DNA of 63,319 nucleotides, the filler included, from Basidiobolus ranarum (lineage: Eukaryota): assembly GCA_040143965.1 (NCBI GenBank). It is 11 parts of 11 records of this genome, joined end to end, with 100 filler letters (N's around TTAATTAATTAA, not from the genome) between each part and the next. Parts side by side here need not be neighbours in the genome. Positions count along the whole stretch, not along the records: positions 1 to 5,686 come from JASJQH010008401.1; positions 5,787 to 11,470 come from JASJQH010008402.1; positions 11,571 to 17,251 come from JASJQH010008403.1; 8 more parts are not named here. One strand, 5' to 3'. A program made the position numbers and the translations under genes. Each line of letters starts with the position of its first letter. Positions within the stretch are counted from its first letter, which is position 1. The notes below the pieces were generated by a model. The model was not told where the DNA came from, searched no databases, and saw nothing but the letters and a program-made list of their open reading frames with translations. This document shows positions 1 through 12,199 of the stretch, one piece after another.

Positions 1-399
1 ATACCGAATTTCAAACACATTCCGAAAAAGCCAAAAGTGTAATGTGGGACAAGCTAATTCAAACATATGGATCTTCTTTAGATCCTTACATAGAACTTAT
101 TAAACAACGACCCATGGGAAAATAAAATTAATGTGATGATAAAAAAAGTAGTAGGAGATATGTTTCCACACTCCACTCAAGATTTGAGGGAAGGCAACAG
201 CAATCAATGGAATACAATTCTTTTTCCCTTATATAGCTTACAGTAACTGGCCGTTTAATGTATCCAGATAATCTTTAAGATGATTTGGTTCAACATAACT
301 AAGTCAGACCTGACTGGATATGAGCAACTTATGTAGGGTTCAAGAGTGAATTGTATAAGACAAGGTTGTTAACAGCGATGAATTATTTTCCCCTTTTGT

Positions 400-1400
400 G
401 CCAACTGTCACCAGAATACAACCAAAGAGTTTCAAAGGGTGTGCATTGTTGATGGACAAGGGTATAGGAAGGTGGTGAGTTGCAGGGTGAAACAGAATGA
501 ATTTTCATTGTAACCAGGCATGAGGAGTACAATAAAAGAAAGATTTGATTTATACGGGAGGGAGATATATAATATAGCTGAGGATCTAAGGCCGGAAATA
601 TACGGGCCATGCTATACTAGAAGGAATCGCCATTTGGAGAATTGTAAAGTAATTCCGTTGCAGGAAGTTTGTGATCAATGAGATATAACTATAGCCATCG
701 CCAAGAAAAACAATCAGGGCTAGGATGGCCTTTTCCGTAATCCGGAATATTCAGAGCAAGCGTATAGGCGTTTGGTCTAAGAAATAAGGAGTGAATATAC
801 TAAGTTGATACGTACTGGATGCGAGATTATACTTACCGGATTGTCCAGCTGAATAATCAGAATCGAAACACTGGTGACCACGTACTTGTTTCCCTATTGT
901 GGCAGTCCACAAGTCATGCTCGAGCGAAGAGAATAGAAATCCATTGTGTTTGGTGACAGCCATTTCAGGAGTGATCAGATGGGACATGGGGAAGTTTGAA
1001 ATCATTGCAGATATTCAGCAACTGTTGCCAGAAAACACAGACGCTTCTGACAAATCACTTTAATATTCACTTTCTATATTCTTGGATCAAGTTTGGGGAT
1101 AGCTGTCGGGTGTGCCGTGCTTCATTTCTCTTCCTCGTCCTAAGCAAGTGGAATATCTGCAGTAACGCCAACAAACTATGCAAGGACACTGCTACAAGGG
1201 CATTGACGACCAAGTAAATACAATGAATGGATATAGGATGTGCATAACAAGGACTTGATACTAATCATGATTGACAACCCCATCTCTAAATGTATCACCA
1301 TTCCTTATTCTGATCTGGCTATGTGGCTAATTCCCAAGTAGTATGCATTAGGGCCTGAGGTGAAACAAGATGTGATTGACCGCCATAAATAGAGTCACGT
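400..1400 (-). mobile_element. Possible highly degenerate L1/Tx1-like non-LTR retrotransposon relic (post-RT region)
   Basis: The minus strand gives 'YYLGI' near 1340 and, about 45 codons later in another frame, 'ISIHCIYLVVNALVA' near 1200. This resembles the KYLG ... LSxxGRxLxxNAL pattern. Many stops and frameshifts; boundaries approximate. Confidence 0.25.
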
Positions 1401-1852
1401 GTTTCAGCCTATTCTGCGTGCAATTGGCTAGCAGTCCTGTGGAACATGGTGCGAGATTTTTAACTTTGAACAAAACAATGTTGTGATCAGGACTGATTCT
1501 GGTAAGTGTTCAATTAACAAAGAATTTGGAATGGTCGGAGTTGAACCTATTCTAAGTGCTTTCCTTAACAATAGTCCAAGTATGGTGGAATCATTGAGAA
1601 TCAAAACTCTCACGTGACGCTCCTCAATCACAGAATATCACTCTTAAAGTAGACTTCGAGTGCTGTCCTCGGATTTTTTTCACTCCTTAAAGCAATATTT
1701 ATCCCTTTCACGGTACACTTTAATCGTTCGGCACTATTAGAGATATTTAAGATTCATATATCATCACTTAACACACAAATATATATCTACATATATATTT
1801 CTTCTCTCGTTGAAGCACACTTATATGCCGAGCTAGCCAACATAAAAGAAAG

Positions 1853-3463
1853 ATGACTTCTTCAACTCACTCAAATCAAACGTTACCTACCTCGGCCACA
1901 ATAAAACAGAGTAGGCCCAAAAAGATGTGGCATGTTTTGGGATTAGACCCAATCTCCAAAGATTTTCGTCACGAATTGAAACTTGCTAAAGGTACATTAA
2001 ATAGAAGATAGTTGCAAGACTTCTATACTAAAAGAAAATGGATTTCCTAACTAAATATACCTTTTAATTTCCGCCTATATAGTAGGTGCATACTTACATG
2101 AACATGGTCATCCACTTCCTGCGAGTGATTTGGAGCGCATCTTGAGGAAATGTCGTTGGATTGTCGAGGATGCTATATTATTTTCAAATGAATATATAAA
2201 AGCTTCCGATGGTATATTGGTAGACGTAAGCAAAAACGTTCAGTTCAAAGGGCCAAAAAACTCTCTCGGAACTAGTTGTTATATTGGTAAGTCGAAGCCA
2301 TAATTATAATTTTTCTCAAGTTGTATTTTGTTGTACTTAACTTATTGCGAATCGTAGATAGCCTTCTGTTTGCAATGTTTGGTACATATTCTTGTTACGA
2401 TAGCTTATTGGGGCGACGGGAACTTGCTTCAGATGCTGCACTACATCTTCAAACTACATGCCGGTTGTATGTCAATTTACTTCGGACCGGAAAGCATATA
2501 AGTAAAACCGTCATTGAGATGATCCGAACCGATCTGGCTGCTTGCGGGTGGAAAGGTGGAGTGTCAGAAGAATTCGGAGGAACTTGGGAGAATCGGCCAA
2601 CGCAAGAAGATGCTAGTGAGCTATTGTTATTCCTGATGGATATCTTTGAATTGCCATTCTTACCTTTGGGAGTCAAGCTTCATCATGATTATGATAGGGA
2701 TGATGATGATGCCAGGATCATTACTGAACGGATTTTTCAATTATCGATTCCTAATGAAGATGATGGCCCATCGGAGTCTACATGTCCTATATTGTTGGAG
2801 AATGTGTTGGTCAACTATTTTTACAATAACAAGGTGACAGGCATTCGTAGAAACGATCAAAAACTGGGACGGGAGGAAACCATTGATGCATGGTCTGTGA
2901 TGGAACTTCTCCCTTTCTATTCACCAGAGAATGAACTTGGAACCAATTTACTAGCTCATACGACTGACTTTCCAGAGCACAATATTATTGTTCCACTTAC
3001 TTTAAAGCGCTATGCGATGGATTGTAATTGTTCCTCGATTCGTATCAACCAACAAGTTATCATTCCACCTCTGATTGATTTTAGTAGCTTTGTTGGTTTA
3101 CAACCAGGAGCTCCAGCTGCCAAGTATACGTTGGTTTTGAAGTCGGCCGTCTGTCACCTAGGTAATAGTTTATCAGCAGGCCATTATATCTCCTATTCGG
3201 TCAGCCCTGATGACCCAACAGTATGGTATAAACATGATGATCTTGAGTTTGGTAACCGACGCATTCGAAAATATCCTACCAACAAATGCTTCGACGATAT
3301 GGCTGAAAATGGGTACCTTTTTCTATATCAACTTGTCTGCATTCCTCTTCCATTCATTCCAGATCAGGCAGCACCGGACTACTCACGACATCAAACTCCA
3401 CCCCCACAATATGACGACCGTAGGAAGAAAGGTAAAGAGTCATCTGGCTGCTTTCTACAGTAG
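1853..3463 (+). CDS. Ubiquitin-specific protease (peptidase C19, CYLD-like); 3 exons: 1853-1991, 2086-2286, 2358-3463
   Basis: The spliced Cys box reads GPKNSLGTSCYIDSLLFAMF (CYLD-type SCYxDS). Also QEDASELL, His box SAVCHLGNSLSAGHYISY and WYKHDD. Two canonical GT-AG introns keep the frame. The protein ends RRKKGKESSGCFLQ-stop. Confidence 0.9.
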
Positions 3464-5686
3464 ATGTCTTATGGGATACCCTTTGGTCACATGGTAAACG
3501 TGTAATTAATGCGTCTCTGCTATCAAACTTCCATACTATATTCATTGAACCTCGATTCATTAAATGTATCTGTAGACTTTTGTATTTCTTTATCTTTATA
3601 TAAGTAACGTCTTTAGGATTTGTCTCTTTTTTTTTGATAACTCGTTCTTATGGCCCCCTTTATATAATAAATATCATAAGAGTGTGATAAATGAAAAGAC
3701 CCACGTGAACCCATGTCCCATTTATCCAAGGTTGATATGAGAGATTCTAAAAGACAGTCTTCTACATGCTTATGTGGGGTGCTAATGGTAATGTAACTTG
3801 TGGCATATTGACTAAGAGTAAACCACAATCATAATGCCCTAAGGCTAGGAATATGATGTGGCGCATCTAGGATATCATTAATCTTCAACATCTCATCCAC
3901 CCCTCTGTGCTCGAAAGCCACTGGAATCAAAAGGCACATATGACTGCTTTCCAATGCCCGGAGTTAGGAGCTACTCGGTTCTTGACAAACATCATCGGAT
4001 TCTAGTTACCAAGTTGGATCATATGTGTGTAAGAGTAATCGATGAGGTCTCATTATAATGATAGAATAATCAGTTGAGGCATCAATGTATCACTTCGAAA
4101 ATTCCTTCTATTTATTAAATCAACATCCCTCTATCGAGAATCTCGATAAGGCAATAGTTAACCCCTCTACAGACTTGAGGAGAAAGCCAAGCATCACCAC
4201 TGATTTAACAACAGATACGATGGAGATAGGCGAACTCTCACTCTGTTCTCATGAAAAGTGCTCTAAATGAGGCCAATATCTGCATATATCGAGACCAATA
4301 ATGTTAGACCCTTCAAGGTAAAAAAAGTACTATTAGCAGAAGGTTTGCACGAATTGAGCTCCTTCACTAACTGAATGTAATTTCAATAGTTACTATGCAA
4401 CCTTATTATCATTAATTATACAATTGATAGGAGTGAAGTACTGATATTGGCAGATTACGAATTAGTATACTCAGTTGCTAGAAGGTACATGATATCGATA
4501 CTACAACAGCAACAGTATTTGAATGTTGATGTAGAAGCATAAAAAAGCAAACATGTTGTGTTGACTATGTTATAGTGTTCGATAGTGTAGAACGTAATAA
4601 CAAACTAAATGAATTCGATGAACTCTACTTTCCACGTTCTAATGAGTAGTTGGAAGACCCACGTTCAAGTGTGGATGATGCAATTTAGACTAAAATTCCA
4701 GTAAGGTATAACCATTTTTTAGAGTCGTTCATATTACTTCACGCCTATATAGTGATTAAAATACAAATAATGATCAGGAGTGACGAGACACAGTCTTCTA
4801 GAATTACAGCTGCGTTAAACCTCACAAACTCAACACCTGACTTTACTTTGCCGGAGCAGTGTATGCGCATGTTTACTTTAGGCCTAATTCAGATAGTCAA
4901 CCAGTGGGAGGGGGGTCTAACCTATTAATAGTAAGTGAATGGAATATCTAGATTCTATCATAAAGCTTGGCTAAGGATACGATGCTAGGTCTCAATATTG
5001 GGAAAGTGTTAACAGTTATGTAAGCACTACCAGTAGAATTAGATTTATTTGGGCTAAATGGGAGATCATTCCACGCCATCACTCTGAGCCTTGATTATAA
5101 TGTAGTGCTGACCACTCAGAATATGAATATTCATAGTTGAGTGTTAGATAGAAAAGGCTACGTATTAGTTTAATATGGATATCGAAGAGTTGATTACGCC
5201 AAGCATGTAGCTTTGGGTAATAAGCGAGAGTAATTGCTGGCATCGTGATTGTAGCATAATAAGCAAGCGGATGAAACCGAAGACAAAATCACCAGCCGTT
5301 TCGAATTAATGCACCGGAAACTCCCTTGATTCGTAAAACAATCATGGATCCCATTGTCCCGTAAAAAAGAATCAATCCATTTCAAATAATATCAAATATC
5401 ACAATAACCATATCATATCCTTGCTTGACTTAAGAAATGTTATATCCTCAAATAGGGGATATTGGATCGAGTCACTTGGGTTGGAATGTTCATTTTATAA
5501 TGCGGATTTGCCACGGACTAGAATGATTTCAAAACCCCATTTACGATCCTGGATCTAGTCCTAGGATAATTGCAAATCAATGTTTGGAAATGGCTTTTCC
5601 TTAAACAGACTTGAGGGACTCATTTCTCTGAACTCAAATACTCTTTGCATTCTCACACACAGCATACACACTTCTCTTATGGATAC

Positions 5687-5786
5687 NNNNNNNNNNNNNN
5701 NNNNNNNNNNNNNNNNNNNNNNNNNNNNNNTTAATTAATTAANNNNNNNNNNNNNNNNNNNNNNNNNNNNNNNNNNNNNNNNNNNN
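5687..5786. other. Artificial contig linker (44 N + TTAATTAATTAA + 44 N); identical copies at 11471-11570, 17252-17351, 23031-23130, 28806-28905, 34579-34678, 40340-40439, 46097-46196, 51844-51943, 57588-57687
   Basis: Ten identical 100-nt spacers with stops in all six frames. The segments they separate decrease steadily in length: 5686, 5684, 5681, 5679, 5675, 5673, 5661, 5657, 5647, 5644, 5632 nt. Confidence 0.98.
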
Positions 5787-5919
5787 TTTATTGTAATACT
5801 GAAAACATGCTTGCAGATATACTAACAAAACCACTCAAAACTTCAAGCTTTGAGAAGTTAAGAGCAGGAATAGGCATTAGTGAATATAAGCACAATGTTG
5901 AATAAGAATTAAGGGAAGG
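5787..5919 (+). mobile_element. Ty1/copia 3' end: RNase H C-terminus plus polypurine tract
   Basis: Translates YCNTENMLADILTKPLKTSSFEKLRAGIG, followed by AAGGGAAGG immediately before the LTR. Confidence 0.9.
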
Positions 5920-6236
5920 TGTTGGATAATTAATCTTTATTCAACATCAAAATTAACTTTAGTTATGATACATGCACCAGAAACAGAAAGCAACATGTCT
6001 ATAGCCCCTATTTTCTAAATAGGAATATCTCTATTTCTATATAACAAGTATGTCTTATTACCCCCACTTATCTATTACGTGTTATTCCACATACTCATGA
6101 ATATCTCAAACAATTGATTTACTTTTCTACTATATAAGTCACCATGTACTCTTAAGCATAAAGTAACTAAATCACACTATCATAAGTTGCTTCTAACACT
6201 CAAAGTCTAACACCATTATGTCAAGATCCTCCAACA
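5920..6236 (+). repeat. Copia LTR family 1, 3' LTR (317 bp)
   Basis: TGTTGGA...TCCAACA inverted termini directly after the PPT; homologous copy at 21247-21527. Confidence 0.9.
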
Positions 6237-6599
6237 AACCCCCCCAACCAAAATGGAGATTTGTGAGGTATATATCTGGAAAACAAGCCAGGCCCTAAAT
6301 TTCAAAGTTAATCAAGGCCTGGAAGGTTTTGTTCAATAATAGTACAAAACTTTCCCCCAAAATTACCTCAGATGATCAAAAAAATTAATTTTATCCCAAT
6401 CCAATCATTCAAATTGATTAAAACCAAATTCCAAAGAAAACAACAATTCTGTGGACTCATCAACAAAACTCTGCCTACTGAATTGCCTAAAATCAAGAAA
6501 GTATGTACTGATATTGGTGAAAATATACTTGAACAATACTTAAGCACTTTTGCAGAGTTCATCAAATCAAGTGAGAAACCACTGCACCATATTCATCTC

Positions 6600-6830
6600 A
6601 ACACAATTGAGTTACTGAATGAGCTAACAAGACTATAATACAATGGGAAGCTCTATGCTATATGCACAAAACATATCTCACAACTTTTGAGCAAAATCTG
6701 TTGCTGTAAGTGTATATCAGAATAGTGGAAGTTTTAATAGAAGTTTGTCTAACTCTACATCTTGTCAAGCTTGATTGGAATTAAACCTGATGAAAAACAT
6801 TTGAAGATCTTGGAATGCATTGCTTCTGGC
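6600..6830 (+). mobile_element. Copia integrase C-terminal fragment
   Basis: Degenerate translation resembling ..ANKTIITMGSSMLYAQN...KPDEKHLKILECIA. Confidence 0.6.
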
Positions 6831-6899
6831 AACAAAGTAGCCAAAAATCAGTCATAATTTGTTTCAAAAGTAAGAATGGCCCAACAAGGGAACTCATGG

Positions 6900-8960
6900 C
6901 TTTGAGTAGAGTCACTCTGGGCCAAGTTGGATGAAATTTGGACTGATTTAACTTTGTGATCCATTGATGTTGATACAGGCTTGTTGTTCTCCATGTTGAT
7001 GCATTTTAGGATGTCTAGGATAGATTTATGCTGATCAACATGTTATTCTAATTGGGTTTAACTCTTTAGATTTGAATTCCAAGAAAATAATTGATTCACC
7101 TGTATCCATCATCCAAAATAGGATTGATAAACTCCTTTTTGTCTAATTAAGTTCATCTAGATCTTTGGTACAAACACATGCTTTTTCATTATAAATCCTA
7201 TATCTGCACTGGATAACTTCTTCTTTTTGCTAACAAACAACCTGTAGGCCTTAATTCCAACACAGTAAGCAAGAAATAAGCATTTGCAACTTCTTTAACT
7301 ACAATTCAGAGCATTTTTGAGCTGGAATTGGACAGTACAATCTGCAACCAAAGATCTAAAGATGTTCCACATTTTGTTTTGATCCATATAGGGCTTCAAA
7401 TGGAATAAAATTCTGCAGCAATCTTGCTGAGCATATGTATTTAATAAAGACTCCAATGGTGACAGATTCAGCCCATTATTTCTAATCTATCTTTTGATCA
7501 TGTAACAGTGATCTTGCCATCTCCAGTATGGTCTTTTTAGTGAATTCTTTAACTCCATTTTGCAATATAGTACAAGATATAGTAGTTTGATGCTTAATTC
7601 TAAGTTGAGAACAAAACCTAGCAAAGTCATCAAAGTAGTGTTCTTTACCATCATTACTCCTTGGACCCTTGATTTTTTTGGGCTGAATGTTTCTCTACTA
7701 TTGCTTTGTAGTGCTTGAACATAGTTAAGGCTTCAGATTTTGATTTGATAAAGAATATCTCAGTATATCTTGTTTGGTTTCTTTGCCTGCATGTAGTTAA
7801 GGCTTTAGATATTGATTTGAGCAAGAACATCCAATTATATTATGTTTATCTTCAACAAAGATCATCCAGTTCCTTCATCACCTAGTATAATACTTTTCTT
7901 GGGTCCACATAGGCTACAATGAATGACGGCTAAATTCAGAGTGCATTTGATCTCCCAAGAGCTAGTGAATAGCTGTCTGTGAAGTTTTCCATATATCCAA
8001 CCTACACATAGATTCAACTTACTAATATTTTCAATTTCTAAGTCTGAAACAAGCTGATGTTGGATCATTTGGGTCAGTTTTTGTTCACCAATGTGGCCAA
8101 ATCTTGGAAAATCAATCTTTTGTTCTTGGATGGGTTTTAAACTAGGAAACCAATCATTGTTGTTTAATATATCCTGGGAAGCCCCTGAATGAACATACCA
8201 CATTTTTGACTCTTCCTTAGTTGTTACTCATAGGCAAGACACAAATATATGATCCCTATTGGTGCCAACCTGGTTTGTTTATTTCAATTTTAGCTCTTTG
8301 GCAAATATCCTTTTTCTGAGATATTTAATCAAATGGTCTGGTTTCTTGCAATACTTGGACATGATGGATTTTGTGTTAGAGGCAAATTTATTGAAGCCTG
8401 TTGCTTGTTTCACAGGTCCAAAAATGCCTGATCTGCACTATTTTGCTAAAAACTAGAGCTCTTTAATTCCTCATTGAAAAGCTTGGCATCTACATGTACT
8501 AATCTTGATGGTTTTGGTATAAATTTGAGGGCAATTAGGTGGTTCCCAAACTTGTTTGCCAGACTCCCAAGCAATGTCTGACTAAATCATCTTCATTTAT
8601 ATGTGCTCCACTGTATGAGAACTGATTGCCACAGTTTTTATTTGCTTTTAGTGTATAGCCAACAATGATGAGAATTCATCCATATTGAAGATAATTTTCA
8701 TCTGAGATATAGCCTATTGGCCAGACTATTAGTCTCATATAATTCCTCAAGTGTTTCCAAAGGAGTCAGGTCACTTATGGCTGAGTGTATGTGCCTCAAT
8801 TGAGATTCTATGAGTCATAGACAAAGTTTAGAGAGTACTTCTCTTTTGTTTTTGTGAAAGGCACAGAAAGCTTCTGGTGGTCCCTTTGGCTTTGTTTTTT
8901 CTCCTGTCATGAATCACCAAATGTCCTTGTCTTCAAGTGCCATTTGCATCTTGAACTTCT
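6900..8960 (-). mobile_element. Degenerate Ty1/copia internal region (gag, protease, GAG-pre-integrase, integrase, RT fragments)
   Basis: Minus strand: WYVHSGASQ (protease WxxDSGAS-like), RFGHIG...CVGWIYGKLHR, integrase FxxKSKSEALT and NGVKEF, RT-like YFLGIQI. Many stops and deletions. Confidence 0.8.
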
Positions 8961-8989
8961 GGAGGTTGAAGTCTTTGCCATCACACCAT

Positions 8990-11470
8990 TTGCAATAGAA
9001 TCAATATCAGAGCCATTAACAAAGGAATATGTAGATGCTAGGCTTTTGAATGAGGTGTTAAGTAGATCTACTTCTCAGCAAAATAATGCAGATCAGGTAC
9101 TTCTTGGAGTTGCAAAACATGCAACTGGCATCAAAAAGTGTGCCTCTAAAAGGAAATCAATCATCTCAGAGCATTGCAAGAAATTAAGACATTTAATCAA
9201 AGATTGCAGAAAAGGATTTTTGCCAAAAAGTAAATTGCAGCAAGCAAGTCAAGTAAGTACTGATGGAGATCATTGGCTTGTGTCTGCCCTATCAGTAACC
9301 ACTAATGAAAATTTGGAAACATGGTAAATTGATTCAAGAGCTTCCCAGTGTATGTCAAAGAAGAAAGATTGGTTTTCCAGCTTAAAACCTATCCAAACAA
9401 GGAAAGTCTACACAAGCAATGATTATGCACTATATGCAGTTGGTAAGGACATAATTTTGCTGATTTTAGACCAAAACTCAGCTACACCATCTGCAAAACT
9501 GGCTGATGCACTCTATGAACCAGATATAGCCAAGAATTCAATCTGAGTAAGCAAAGCAACATCTCAAGGACTAAACTGTGTATTTAGCAAGGCTGGATGC
9601 ACTTTCACATATCAGAATGAAACCTAATTAGCTACTGGGATCAAACTCAGAGCTTATACAAGCTAGGAATGATGCTTTGCATTATTTAAGTCAAAATTCA
9701 GCTACACCGTCTGCAAATTTGGATGTTGTACTGTATGCACCAAGTATAGCCAAAAATCTACTGTCAGTGACCAAGTAATAGCTCAAGTACTGAATCTTGT
9801 GTTCAGCAAGACTAGATGCACTGTCTCAGATCAGAATAATACCAAATTGGTCACTAGGATTGAAACTCAAAACTTATACAAGACAGTAATCAAAAAATTG
9901 CATTCTGAGCACACAAACTTGACCAGAACCCGTGAAATAAGCTGTCAAGCATGGCATAGCAGATTAGGCCACAATAGGGATCAAAATCAGGCCCAAATAA
10001 CCAGAATTCAGCTAGTTTCAGGCTTAGAAATTGAAAATAGCACTAAATTGGATCTCCGTGAAGATTTGCTTTTATGGTTGCCAGTACAGAGGCCATTTTA
10101 AGCTCTGGAGAGATCAAATCTACTCAGAATTTTGCCCTGATTCATTCTGTCCTATGTGGTTCCTAAGAGATGCCTCACAAAGTTGGAAAAGATGCATTTT
10201 AACCTTTCTTGAAAACTAAACAAGATATACATTGGTGTTTTTTCCAAATCAAAATCTGAAGCCTTAACCACATTCAAGCACTTTAGAGAAATGATGGAGA
10301 AAGAATCTGCACAAAAAATAAGGTAATACATTGTGACAATGGTGGAGAATATTGCCCTAAAGACTTTGCTAGTATTTGCTCTAAACATGGAATTAAGTAA
10401 CAAAATAACACGCCTTATACTCCACAGCAAAATGGAGATGCACAATGTGCTACTTGGTCCATATTACAGATGTCAAGAATGATGTTACATGATCAAAAGT
10501 TAGATAACCAATATCAGTCTGAACCCAGCACCATTGCACTCTATATTGAAAGCAGATGCTCAAAAAGATTGCTTGAAAATTCTACTCCATTTGAAGCCCT
10601 GTATGGATCAAAACCAAGTGTGGAGCATATTAGGATACTTGTTGCATAGAATATTGCAGAATTCCAGCTCAAAAACAATATAAAGTGGAACCTAGACCAG
10701 CAAATACACATTTCATGTTATTGTGATGCATCTAAAGTCTGCAGACTGTTTGATAACATAAATTAGAACTAAATTACGCACAGAGATATTATGTTTGATG
10801 AAAACAAAAGTGTTTCATCTCAAATTGCAGCTCGTGATCCAGAATACATGTTCAGCACTATTCAGCAAGTGTCTAACACACTTCCAGCTGTATCAGCACC
10901 CAATTGAAACAAAATATTAACCCTAATTACATCAGAGGTTTGATTCAGGACCTATATCATCATGCAGAGAGAGGAAGAAGCCAGGAAACTAGTGGAACAC
11001 TTCAGATGATGATGTTTATGCTTATGCAGCAGTAAGTCACCAGCCACAGACTCTACATCAAGCTCTGGAGTTTCCAGAATCAAAATGTTGCAAAAAAGCA
11101 ATTTTAATGAGTTTCCTTCACTTCAGGAAAATAAAACAAGGGTTTTAAGTCCTTTGCCATCAGGAAGAAGGCCAATAGGCTGCCAATGAGTCTACAAAGT
11201 CAAAAACCAAGCTGATGGAACCATAGAGAGGTACCAAGCAAGATTATTTGCAAAAGGTTATTCCCAGACTCCAGGAGTTGAATTTAATGAGACTTTTGCT
11301 CCAATAGCTAAGTTTAACTCCTATAGATCAATCCTGGCACTCTCAGCCATCCATAACCTTGATTAACAACAAATGGATGTAAAAACATCCTTTCTGAATG
11401 GAAATCTGCAGGAAGAGATCTATATGGAGCAACCTGATGGATTTGTTGACCCAAAACACCCTGATATGGT
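8990..11470 (+). mobile_element. Degenerate Ty1/copia gag-pol (zinc knuckle, protease, integrase, RT), truncated by the contig end
   Basis: HCKKLRHLIKDC knuckle; W*IDSRASQCM; WHSRLGH; TPYTPQQNG; RT motifs VYKVK, AKGYSQTPGVEFNETFAP and [25 protein letters not shown]. Confidence 0.93.
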
Positions 11471-12199
11471 NNNNNNNNNNNNNNNNNNNNNNNNNNNNNN
11501 NNNNNNNNNNNNNNTTAATTAATTAANNNNNNNNNNNNNNNNNNNNNNNNNNNNNNNNNNNNNNNNNNNNTTTTGAATGAGAAGTTCGAATGTCTTGAGC
11601 AACTCGCGCCATTTCTTGTGACATTAACACTTTCTCCATCTCCATCTCTTGCCTTACTCTTTCCCTTTCCCTTTCCCTTTCCACTCCTCCATTCCTTTTG
11701 TTAGATATTTCTCAAGGATTCGATGAATTCATATTATGAATGAACATATTAATACTATGAATAGTCGGTGTAACACCAAAGCAACCTATTTATTTTTAAA
11801 ATTATGGTTTTTCTTTTCCACATTGACTTACCACTTTCTTCAATATTTATCTGTGAAATCTTCGATGAAACCACCCATTTTCCTTCAATAAATCTTCCAT
11901 GTTTAACTTGATTAGGTATTCTTTAATATAAATGATGAAATTAAAAATTTCCATGTCATGATTGCTGTTATATAGCTAAAATCCCTATATATACTTATTC
12001 ATTTATGTACATAGTAGATAGCGACCGAGTAAGTGAAAAGATTAACCGTGGACATATCCCATTCCGTTCCGCATTTCGCATTTCGCATTCCGCATTCGTA
12101 AGCATCCTACCGAATGGCTTAAGCGATAGCCACCGATTCGATAAAAAATATAAATAAATATTGAAAATTACTTCAATTCAATTTCATCAAGAAATTCCT

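Noticed and set aside
3600..5686. Short ORFs downstream of the USP gene
   Set aside because: No recognisable domains or consistent splice structure; possibly old TE debris, but unsupported.
5731..5742. Recurrent TTAATTAATTAA palindrome as a biological repeat or piggyBac-type TTAA site
   Set aside because: Always centred in 88 Ns with identical spacing; it is a synthetic linker.
12061..12099. Short 7-bp tandem (CGCATTT/C), and the (TTTCCC)n tract at about 11660-11682
   Set aside because: Ordinary microsatellite-scale repeats with no further structure.
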